Assembly (NCBI GenBank): GCA_964412365.1
Contig: CAYPOI010000004.1
Coordinates: 1 to 61,950 of the forward strand
DNA: 61,950 nt
Reading direction: 5' to 3'
Source: an uncultured Chitinophagales bacterium
Lineage (GTDB): Bacteria > Bacteroidota > Rhodothermia > Balneolales > HLUCCA01
Below, piece after piece: positions 20,401-27,724 of this stretch. How positions within the stretch are numbered: the stretch's first letter is position 1; the number at the start of each line of letters is the position of its first letter. Made by a program: the position numbers and the translations under genes. The notes beneath the pieces were generated by a model that saw nothing but the letters and a program-made list of their open reading frames with translations, did no database searches and had not been told where the DNA came from.

Positions 20401-20572
20401 CAAAGTCCGTCTGTATGGAACTGGAGTCAATCTGATGACCTTCACGGACTATCCGGGCTGGGATCCAGAAATGAACTCCGACTTCATCGCAGGTAACATC
20501 GGTCTTGGTAACGACTTCTATACCGCGCCACAGGCGAAAACCATCACCTTTGGTATCGACATTGGTTTCTAA
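17462..20572 (+). CDS. SusC/RagA-family TonB-linked outer membrane transporter
   Basis: Signal peptide. CarboxypepD_reg-like N-domain (GTVTDQSTGEPLPAVNIFV), plug region (VVVLGFGETSRRNVTGAITSV), a ~1000-aa barrel, and C-terminal ...FGIDIGF. Confidence 0.9.
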   Translation: MKNILRTLLVGAFCILSTSQLMAQGLTLSGTVTDQSTGEPLPAVNIFVPQLSRGAVTDVDGNYAIILPAGSYALRITSVGYKRLNTEVTVQGSNVTFNIQLEPDVIGLDQVVVLGFGETSRRNVTGAITSVSGSDIEFSPVNTVENAIQGRVSGVFIQQNNGKLGQGMQVRVRGSSSVSASNQPLYVIDGVPVIMDDFSISGASTNPLAQFNFNDVESIQILKDASAAAIYGSRAANGVVLITTKSGRPGRTQFNYSFQRGSSEPTGFVDMMNSKQYVNYMYQAAKNGDAFAGSTWRVGEIEWVFDTYGLGTDWRSCLEAVHGGPDGACEVDTDWQAEAFQDASMFSHDLSASGGNDATRFFVSGHFSDQDGILIKDRFQRANVRLNLDHKATDRIRLGMNITAGRSFHQRLSTDNAFSTPIQLIAQMPISPLYYPGEEETPANLNNDTYYYNGVIHKHFSKYHVTTMRSTGTSYLAYNILPSLELRSEVSADVMTGYDDQWYGPETAVGFASAGQGGYASVAWQQSVSYGTAHYLNHNLNVGRNQSLATTAGFSYQYNDYNYAFTARSGFPNNSFKRLTSGANLLSGSTTGSEYSFLSYFARSNYSLNDRYLVSLSGRIDGSSRFGADNRYGFFPAASVGWILTEESFATPILPIVSFLKLRLSHGTTGNAGIGNFAHLGLWGGTSYGGQSGITPTQIPNRSLTWETTTQTDLGFDYGFMNNRITGEVDFYVKNTEDLLLNVQIPGTSGFTTSTQNVGKLENKGWEIVVNTFNLTGDFKWNSTFNLSANKNKITDLDGQVLSGGLGMNRAIEGQPLGVFYGKEFAGVDPANGNALFNIYDKEGTGGNFVETTRNYNLATNRVLGNPNPDFIGGFGNNFSYKGFDLDVLFQFVQGIDANISGHGRWSRGNGIFEDNSVTDQLKSWTPENPNTNVPQARYIVTNGNQISSRYIVDASYVRLKNVTLSYTVPRQFLRNTGLTKVRLYGTGVNLMTFTDYPGWDPEMNSDFIAGNIGLGNDFYTAPQAKTITFGIDIGF

Positions 20573-20614
20573 CCAGTCACACCGATTTACATCAGGAAAT
20601 TGAATACGTCTATT

Positions 20615-22012
20615 ATGAAAAAACAAACAAACTTGATCCTGGCTCTGTTGATTGGCGTGACCTTCGTCGGTTGCGACAGTCTCCTGGAGCTAAATCCTCA
20701 AGCATCCATCACAAGTGAGGTCGCATTGGAAAATGCGTCGAACGTGCAAACGGCTTTGGTGGGTGCATATGCAGTATTGGGTAGCGCCGATACCTATGGA
20801 GGCAGTTATATCTACCTTTCGGAGATATTTGCTGCTCCTGGTAATGAGATCTACTTCAACGGTACGTTCATCGATCCTCGGGACGTGAACGATAAAAATA
20901 TCGTCACCACGAATGCGTACGTCACCCGTTTCTGGACAACCAGTTACAATGTGATCAACCGTTCGAACAATGTGTTGACCGCCTTGGATAAGTTCGGATC
21001 GGATACGGCTACTCGTGACCGTGTGGAAGCGGAAGCCCGCTTCTTGCGCGGCGTGGCGTACTACAATCTGGTTCAGCTGTTCGGTAAAGCCTATAATGAT
21101 GGATCACCAACCACCAACCTGGGCGTACCGATCAATCTGACCCCGACCACGTCGGCGGCTACGATTGTTGAGGCACCTCGCAATACGGTATCGGAAGTCT
21201 ATGCCCAAGTGATAGCGGATTTGACGGCCGCCAAAACAAGTCTTCCTCCTACGAACGGATTCTATGCCAACACCTATGTGGCTAGTGCGTTCTTAGCGCG
21301 GGTTTACTTGGCGATGGCCAACTATCCGCTTGCGGCAGCTGAAGCGGATCGTGTGATCGCATCGGGCAACTATTCGTTGTTTGCCAATGTGGCTAGCAAT
21401 TTCAACCGTACCGCCAATGGTTCCGAAACCATTTTCGCCATGCAAGTGACGCAAACCTCCGGTTCCAACGATATGGTGGTGTTTCATTCGCCAACTCCAT
21501 TCGGTCGTGCCGATATCCAAATCTTGGATCCGCATTTGGCCAACTATGAGCTGACGGATGCACGTCGTGACTTGTTTATCGTCACCACTCGTGGTCGCAT
21601 GACAACCAAGTATCACTCCACAACGGGTGATTCGAGGAACTTCAACGTCAACGTGATCCGCTTGGCGGAAATGTATCTCACCCGTGCGGAGGCCAACTTC
21701 CGTATCACCGGTTCCCTTGTGGTCGGTGTGGGTGGTGTGACACCTGAAGCCGATATCAACATGATCCGCACTCGCGCTGGACTACTTCCAGCCGTAACGG
21801 TAACCTTGGCTGATATCCTTCTGGAACGTCGAAACGAGCTCATTTTCGAAGGCGTGTTGTTCATGGACATGAAACGCAATCAAATAGGTACATCCGACCG
21901 TAGTGGTGGTGTACTTGCGTGGAATGCCGATCGCTTCACATTCCCGGTTCCTGACCGTGAGTGCAACGTGAACGAAAACTTGGTTCAGAATCCAGGCTAC
22001 GGCGACTGCTGA
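20615..22012 (+). CDS. RagB/SusD-family nutrient-binding outer membrane lipoprotein
   Basis: Lies immediately downstream of SusC. Lipoprotein signal MKKQTNLILALLIGVTFVGC. TPR-like SusD body (RFLRGVAYYNLVQLFG, AEMYLTRAEA, ILLERRNELIFEG). The listed TTG at 20600 is an alternative start. Confidence 0.85.
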   Translation: MKKQTNLILALLIGVTFVGCDSLLELNPQASITSEVALENASNVQTALVGAYAVLGSADTYGGSYIYLSEIFAAPGNEIYFNGTFIDPRDVNDKNIVTTNAYVTRFWTTSYNVINRSNNVLTALDKFGSDTATRDRVEAEARFLRGVAYYNLVQLFGKAYNDGSPTTNLGVPINLTPTTSAATIVEAPRNTVSEVYAQVIADLTAAKTSLPPTNGFYANTYVASAFLARVYLAMANYPLAAAEADRVIASGNYSLFANVASNFNRTANGSETIFAMQVTQTSGSNDMVVFHSPTPFGRADIQILDPHLANYELTDARRDLFIVTTRGRMTTKYHSTTGDSRNFNVNVIRLAEMYLTRAEANFRITGSLVVGVGGVTPEADINMIRTRAGLLPAVTVTLADILLERRNELIFEGVLFMDMKRNQIGTSDRSGGVLAWNADRFTFPVPDRECNVNENLVQNPGYGDC

Positions 22013-22037
22013 GCCCACCTGATCTGATCTAGATTCT

Positions 22038-22071
22038 AAAGCCGGTATCCTTCGGGATACCGGCTTTTTTT
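22038..22071. terminator. Rho-independent terminator between convergent genes
   Basis: Perfect 13-bp stem aaagccggtatcc / ggataccggcttt with loop ttcg, followed by a T-run. Sits between the SusD stop (22012) and the membrane-protein stop (22076). Confidence 0.8.
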
Positions 22072-22075
22072 ATGT

Positions 22076-23479
22076 TCATCCCTGCTTGAAGAGACGTTGG
22101 TACATCGAGTACTTCTGCGAGGTGTAGGCCGGGTAGACACGCCAAATCAACCATCCTGCAATCAGAAGAACAACGGGCAACGCATACAGGATCCATCCGA
22201 CATAGTAGATGATTCCAAGAATCACAATGGATATCGAATCCAATAGGATGATGCGGGTGGATGTGTTGTTCTTGAAGCTGGCGATGTTCTGAATGGAAAG
22301 GAAATGCGCGATGTGACGCGCCTGGTGCATGCTTCCGTACAAACCGATCGGAATCATGATGGCGGCGGATGCAAGGTACATCCCAGTATACTCCAAGGTC
22401 AGTATACCGGCCAATCCCATCACCAAGAGAGTACACGTGAAATCGTACACCAACATCGGCCAAAGTGTGGCCCACCAAGCTCGACCCAATTCCCGTGGTC
22501 GCCCGTTCAATAACTCATGGGAAATCCACGTCTCCCGGAAAAACCCGGCGAGATTGTTCTGCACATAGGTGAACGGGGTGATGGGAAGCATCAGGAATCC
22601 GGCGTATAAAACCGACCAATGCTGTTCATCCACAAAAATGCGTCCCCCCATCAGATATCCATACAAAATGGCCAATATCTTAATGAGAGGTAAAATTAGG
22701 ACCAACGGACGAACCGACTTTCTGCGAAGGAACAATCGTTGCTCAAACCCCAGGATCTGCCATTTGCCTTCGTTTCGCGCTGTGGCATTTTTCTTGGTCT
22801 TGGGCTGGATGATCTGCGCATCGAGGTAGACATACACCACCCAGGCGACGAGCGTCCAGGCCGTGGACAACGCGAGGCGGGTCCACACATCCGGCTCCAA
22901 CCAAAATCCGATGAAGAAATACGCCGCCAACGTGAACGGAAGTACCGCCCATAAGGTCAGATTATGGAGGACATCCTTCATTTCCTGTTCGATGAACAAC
23001 TTGGCCGCGCGCTCGGTGAGAACGGCGCCGATGAACCCGACGAGAATCGTGAGCACCGACCGATAATCGTAATACGTGCTCATGAACCACACCGCAAAAA
23101 TGAATACGAAGGTGTATAGATAGAACAGATGCAACAGATCGTGGACCGTGTTCGAAATCAACCGGAAAGGACGATTGATGGGATAGGTTTCGCGGATGAA
23201 CCTGCCCGACGGACGATACCCCGGGAAATAATTCACGAAGATGACCATGCTCAGAACCAATGTCTGCAGCAGCAGGTCGGCCTGAGTGAAAGAAATATCG
23301 ACCCGATACGAATCGACCATCGCATCCAGCAAATAGCCATAATATGCGCCATACGCCACCACGAAAATCAATGCGCCGGTTCGGATGAGGTTCAACCAAA
23401 TGGCATCATCCCCCATGAACATGGCCCTTAGCTTCACCTTAGACAGAAAACGAACCGTTTCTCCTAATCCAGAAGCCAT
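22076..23479 (-). CDS. polytopic membrane protein, putative ABC-2-type exporter permease (uncharacterised family)
   Basis: Many hydrophobic segments over its whole length and no recognisable catalytic motif. Lies immediately downstream of, and overlaps, the ABC ATPase gene. The start is uncertain (ATG at 23479 or 23422, while the listed 23686 lies inside the ATPase gene). Confidence 0.6.
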   Translation of the reverse strand: MASGLGETVRFLSKVKLRAMFMGDDAIWLNLIRTGALIFVVAYGAYYGYLLDAMVDSYRVDISFTQADLLLQTLVLSMVIFVNYFPGYRPSGRFIRETYPINRPFRLISNTVHDLLHLFYLYTFVFIFAVWFMSTYYDYRSVLTILVGFIGAVLTERAAKLFIEQEMKDVLHNLTLWAVLPFTLAAYFFIGFWLEPDVWTRLALSTAWTLVAWVVYVYLDAQIIQPKTKKNATARNEGKWQILGFEQRLFLRRKSVRPLVLILPLIKILAILYGYLMGGRIFVDEQHWSVLYAGFLMLPITPFTYVQNNLAGFFRETWISHELLNGRPRELGRAWWATLWPMLVYDFTCTLLVMGLAGILTLEYTGMYLASAAIMIPIGLYGSMHQARHIAHFLSIQNIASFKNNTSTRIILLDSISIVILGIIYYVGWILYALPVVLLIAGWLIWRVYPAYTSQKYSMYQRLFKQG

Positions 23480-24219
23480 TGCAAGGTTTCCTGTGATTTG
23501 GGTTCCGATTTCAACAAGGCGAACAAGGTTTTGTCGATCAACCCCGATCCGCTTTCCAAAAACTTGGGCAACGTGTCGTAAAAAGCCAGCTGTCGCTGAT
23601 GGATGACGGCCACGTGGCTCGCCATCTGTTCCACATAATTCAGATTGTGCGACGACACCAGGATCGCCCGCCGCGGATTCAGCCACAACGACAGGAACTG
23701 GATCAGCACTTGAGATGCGGCCGGATCCAGCCCTGAAAACGGCTCATCCAAAATCAACAGGTCCGGCTTATGAAGTAGGGAGATGATCATCCCTAGCTTT
23801 TTCCGCATCCCCGCCGAATAGGTTCCGCATGGTTTCGAGAGCTCCGACACATCATCGAAAAAATAGTCAAACAAGGTGCGGATGCGATGTTCGCGTTCCG
23901 GTTTGGGAATGCCATACAACATGCAAGCGAATTCCAATTGTTCTTTACCGGTCAGCTCGTCGTGGATGAGTTCCTCTTCCGGCATCACGCCGATGCGTTT
24001 GCGGATGTCGACCGTATCGGCAGGGTAGGTCATTCCGAATAGACTCACATCCCCTTTTGTTTTCGGAATCAGATCGAGAAGGATGTGGATGAGGGTCGAT
24101 TTTCCAGCCCCGTTGTTGCCCAGCAGACCGACGCAAGTACCAGGATGGATGGTCATCGTCAGGTCTTCCAAGACCTGCTTCTTTCCATAGTTTTTGTAAA
24201 CGTGTGAAACCGTGACCAT
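23464..24219 (-). CDS. ABC transporter ATP-binding protein (ABC-2/DrrA-like)
   Basis: Walker A GLLGNNGAGKST, degenerate signature YSAGMRKKLG, Walker B LLILDEPFSGLD, H-loop SSHNL. Confidence 0.9.
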   Translation of the reverse strand: MVTVSHVYKNYGKKQVLEDLTMTIHPGTCVGLLGNNGAGKSTLIHILLDLIPKTKGDVSLFGMTYPADTVDIRKRIGVMPEEELIHDELTGKEQLEFACMLYGIPKPEREHRIRTLFDYFFDDVSELSKPCGTYSAGMRKKLGMIISLLHKPDLLILDEPFSGLDPAASQVLIQFLSLWLNPRRAILVSSHNLNYVEQMASHVAVIHQRQLAFYDTLPKFLESGSGLIDKTLFALLKSEPKSQETLQWLLD

Positions 24220-24242
24220 ACTTATTCTGATTCCTTCTTAAG

Positions 24243-24761
24243 TTGTCCATTATGACCAAACGCTACGAAGATACTCCGCCCGTGTCCACATCCGCCAAGG
24301 ATAAAACTGTGGCGGCATCCCGCATCCGCACCAATGAACTGGTGTTGCCCAATGATACCAATCCGCTGGGTAACATGATGGGAGGGCGTTTGCTGCATCT
24401 GATGGATATCTGTTCGGCGATTTCGGCACAACGGCATTGCAATCGCAGCGTGGTGACGGTCTCGGTAGATAGTGTCGAATTCAGGCATCCGATCAAACTC
24501 GGTGAAGTGGTCGTGATTGAGGGTGAAGTGACCCGTGCGTTCAAATCGTCGATGGAAGTGGCGCTACAAGTCTGGGCCGAAAACCTACGAGCCGGAACTC
24601 GCAAGTTGTGCACCACATCCTATTATACCTTTGTGGCAGTAGACTCCGATGGGAAACCCATCCCGGTTCCTCCGGTGATACCGGAAACCGAGTTCGAAAA
24701 GCGCCGATACGAAGAAGCCGAGAAGCGTCGAGCCGACCGCCTCTCTACTTCAAGAGCGTGA
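24243..24761 (+). CDS. acyl-CoA thioesterase (hotdog fold, YciA-like)
   Basis: LPNDTNPLGNMMGGRLLHLMD plus VTVSVDSVEFRHPIKLGEVV, typical of 4HBT/acyl-CoA thioesterases. Confidence 0.85.
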   Translation: MSIMTKRYEDTPPVSTSAKDKTVAASRIRTNELVLPNDTNPLGNMMGGRLLHLMDICSAISAQRHCNRSVVTVSVDSVEFRHPIKLGEVVVIEGEVTRAFKSSMEVALQVWAENLRAGTRKLCTTSYYTFVAVDSDGKPIPVPPVIPETEFEKRRYEEAEKRRADRLSTSRA

Positions 24762-27648
24762 TGACTCGGGTAACGATGTCTCCATCCGTTGTGAGTCGAA
24801 CGATATAAGCCCCGGTTGCGAGCCCCGACGCATCAAATTCGATGCGATGTTCTCCTGCTCCGAATGGTCTGTCGGCCAGCTCAGCCACATGTCTTCCCAG
24901 CATATCGAACACATCCAGCTTCACATTGGCAAATCGAATGGTCGTGAATCGAATGGTCGTTCCTGGGTTGAACGGGTTTGGGTAATTCGGCAACAAGGCG
25001 ACTTGAGTCGGATTATCAATCCAGGGCGGACCCGAAACACCGAATCCAACGGTAGATACCTCGAACACCCGTTTGGCTCTTGCAGCGGCGATTTGAGCTC
25101 GTAAAATGGGCAGAGTCTCGCCGAAAGCCATCACAAATCCGACAACCATCTCTTGCTGGGGTGCCAACATGAACGATCCTGAACCCGTAGCCATAGCCAC
25201 ATCCACATTGGCCACACTTGTCTTCGCCGTTCCCGCTTTGAGCGACCACAACTTTTCCTGGCGCGTGTAACCGTCCTGACTCGGTTCGTTGCTTGCGAAA
25301 TAGGTTCCGAAATTCAAACTGTCCACAACGCCATCATACGAGTTATCAATCGCCATCACACTCGTAATCGGCCCAAGATGAGAGATGGTGACGAACGGGT
25401 AAATATCCAATTGATTCGGCGAATACGCATATAGGATGGAATCCGCAGCGGAATACTCCACCGTATTATCATCATAATTCCCAATATCCCAGTCTGCGAA
25501 GAGTCCGGCGCGCACATTCCGCATCAACTCGGACGATGTGTTTCGGATGGTGTATTTCACAAAAATGGAGCGGTTCAAAGCCGCTTCTGTGAATGCGTAG
25601 ACTTCCTGCGTCACTTCAAGCGACGGAGAGGCTGGAAATCCGGCGGATGTGAACATGGCAAGGCCATCCGCATCGGAAATTAGTCCGGGTTCATTCACGG
25701 TAAACGGCGCTTTTGGACGAAAATGATTGTCGGGTGAATTCGTGCTTCGAAGCTGATTCACCATGAACACGCCCCGTTCGGATGTGAGTGAAATCATCAG
25801 ACCGGCTTCATACAAAATGCTTTCCAGTTGGATAAGTCCGTTGGTGGTTTCCACAATAGGTTGAAACCCGATGCCTCCCGACCCAGCCGTGGCATTCTCG
25901 TAGCCGATGGTTCCATTCGATGCAAAAGAGGTCACGGCACGGTTCACATCCATCACATCGTAGAGGAAATCATCAAAGACGACGACATCGAAATCGGTAT
26001 AGGATGTGCCCGTATCATTCATCATCAGCCGAACCGTCGGCGCCTCGTTGAAGTTGAAATTTTCCTGAATAAAGATGGGGATGTCGACCTGTACGGAAGC
26101 TCCGGTTTGGATGACGCCTATGGAGATAGCCGACCCTGAACCCACTGTCATGTTTCCACTCAAGGCCACAGACTCAATCGAAAACGACCCGCTTGTTGGT
26201 GCGCCATGATTGGTGAGGGTCAAGCGGATGTTGCCATCTTCGCCGAAACTCAGTTTGCTTCCGTCATCCGCCAAAAACCGCACGTTCTTGATTTCGACAC
26301 CTGGCAATGGAGTGGACACCGCACGGATCGCGTCCACCTTCCCTCTACCTAGTTTGTACGCAAAATTCAGACCGTTCCCACTGTATACCGTGCTGTTGGA
26401 CGCGGATCGGATTTGTTGCCGCACGCGATCTGGCGACCAGCTTGGATGCTGATGCCGTACCAACGCCGCAATTCCAGCCACGATCGGACTGGCCATGGAC
26501 GTGCCCGAATTCAACGCATATCCATTGCCAATAACGGTGCTTAACACACTGGTGCCCCGCGCCATCACATCGAGATCAAACCCAAATGAGGAGAAGGTGG
26601 ATCGGATGTCGTTCGATTGGAGGGAACCTACCGATAGCACTTCGGGATAGGATGCGGGATAAAAACTGGTTTCCGTGTTCGTGTTGCCTGCCGCGCCGAC
26701 GATCAGTGAACCCAATGAGTGGGCGAAGGTCACCACATCTTGACCGAATGCGGAAAAGGTGGTTCCTCCGAAACTGCAATTGATCACATCCGCACCGTAC
26801 AAGGCCGCATACAGGACGCCTTGATAGCCATAACCGATACTGGTAGGCTCCGTCACCGTTCCGCCTACTCTTACGATCATGTACGTGCTGTTGAAGCCGG
26901 TTCCGGCGATACCGATGCCATTATTGGTGTTCGCCGCGGCTAGTCCGCCAACATGGGTGCCATGGTCGGAACCGTTTGGTCTCGGATCGGCGTTCTGCTC
27001 CGGATCGTTGATCGGTCCGCTGTTCCAGAAATTCCATCCGATCGTGTCGTTCGCGATATGTGAAAAAATGGGTGATAATGTCGCGATCAATCCCGGATTC
27101 GGATTCCGCCAGTACTTCCCCGCCAAATCCGGATGGGTGTAATCCGTTCCGCTGTCCACAATGGCGATGATGATGTCGGATGAACTTTGGGTGACATCCC
27201 AAGCCGAAAACACGCCGTGATTGGCGAAATAATCATGTCCGTTATCGCCAATCCGCGGATCGTTCGGAATCAGTTGCGTATGCAACACATACTGAGGCTC
27301 TGCATACACCACGCCTGGGAGTTTAGCCAGCTTCGAGGCCACGAACGCCGGATCCAGGTTGCTCGCATATCGGATTTCAAACGTGCGCTCCAGATCGTCT
27401 GGTACATCCAATCCTTTCATCCGGCGGGACTCGCCGGGCTGCAATACCGGCGTCATCTCGGTCATCCCATATAGACGAAGCGCAGACAATACGCGGTCGC
27501 TGGGGTCCGATGAACCCGGCGCCGCCTTACGAGCCGCATCCACCGTTTCAAATTTGATATAAAGTCGACCCGGTACGGCTTCTTGGGCCATCAAGGGAAA
27601 CGTGCCGAAACAGACACTTAGGAGTAGGATTATGCGCACAATCATCAT
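24745..27648 (-). CDS. S8-family (subtilisin-like) serine peptidase with T9SS C-terminal sorting domain
   Basis: Catalytic triad segments AIVDSGTDYTHPDL, HGTHVGGLAA and SGTSMASPIVAG. Signal peptide. The C-terminal ~80 aa match the Por secretion tail pattern (YPNPFNPGTTIRF...VKLDVFDMLGRHV...GAYIVRL). Confidence 0.9.
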   Translation of the reverse strand: MMIVRIILLLSVCFGTFPLMAQEAVPGRLYIKFETVDAARKAAPGSSDPSDRVLSALRLYGMTEMTPVLQPGESRRMKGLDVPDDLERTFEIRYASNLDPAFVASKLAKLPGVVYAEPQYVLHTQLIPNDPRIGDNGHDYFANHGVFSAWDVTQSSSDIIIAIVDSGTDYTHPDLAGKYWRNPNPGLIATLSPIFSHIANDTIGWNFWNSGPINDPEQNADPRPNGSDHGTHVGGLAAANTNNGIGIAGTGFNSTYMIVRVGGTVTEPTSIGYGYQGVLYAALYGADVINCSFGGTTFSAFGQDVVTFAHSLGSLIVGAAGNTNTETSFYPASYPEVLSVGSLQSNDIRSTFSSFGFDLDVMARGTSVLSTVIGNGYALNSGTSMASPIVAGIAALVRHQHPSWSPDRVRQQIRSASNSTVYSGNGLNFAYKLGRGKVDAIRAVSTPLPGVEIKNVRFLADDGSKLSFGEDGNIRLTLTNHGAPTSGSFSIESVALSGNMTVGSGSAISIGVIQTGASVQVDIPIFIQENFNFNEAPTVRLMMNDTGTSYTDFDVVVFDDFLYDVMDVNRAVTSFASNGTIGYENATAGSGGIGFQPIVETTNGLIQLESILYEAGLMISLTSERGVFMVNQLRSTNSPDNHFRPKAPFTVNEPGLISDADGLAMFTSAGFPASPSLEVTQEVYAFTEAALNRSIFVKYTIRNTSSELMRNVRAGLFADWDIGNYDDNTVEYSAADSILYAYSPNQLDIYPFVTISHLGPITSVMAIDNSYDGVVDSLNFGTYFASNEPSQDGYTRQEKLWSLKAGTAKTSVANVDVAMATGSGSFMLAPQQEMVVGFVMAFGETLPILRAQIAAARAKRVFEVSTVGFGVSGPPWIDNPTQVALLPNYPNPFNPGTTIRFTTIRFANVKLDVFDMLGRHVAELADRPFGAGEHRIEFDASGLATGAYIVRLTTDGDIVTRVITLLK
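24932..24961. repeat. 15-bp tandem duplication inside the T9SS C-terminal domain
   Basis: aatcgaatggtcgtg (24932-24946) is followed directly by aatcgaatggtcgtt (24947-24961), 14/15 identical. On the minus strand it encodes TTIRF-TTIRF. Confidence 0.9.
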
Positions 27649-27682
27649 GAATGGAATCTACCGTTAACAATTCAATTTCGAG

Positions 27683-27690
27683 TATATTTG
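27683..27690 (+). promoter_or_regulatory. possible Bacteroidetes-type -7 promoter box (TAnnTTTG)
   Basis: tatatttg lies 35 nt upstream of the ppx/gppA-like ATG, in the 76-bp divergent gap. No clear -33 TTTG. Confidence 0.3.
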
Positions 27691-27724
27691 TTCCAGACCC
27701 AATCATCACCACCATCCAAACCGC

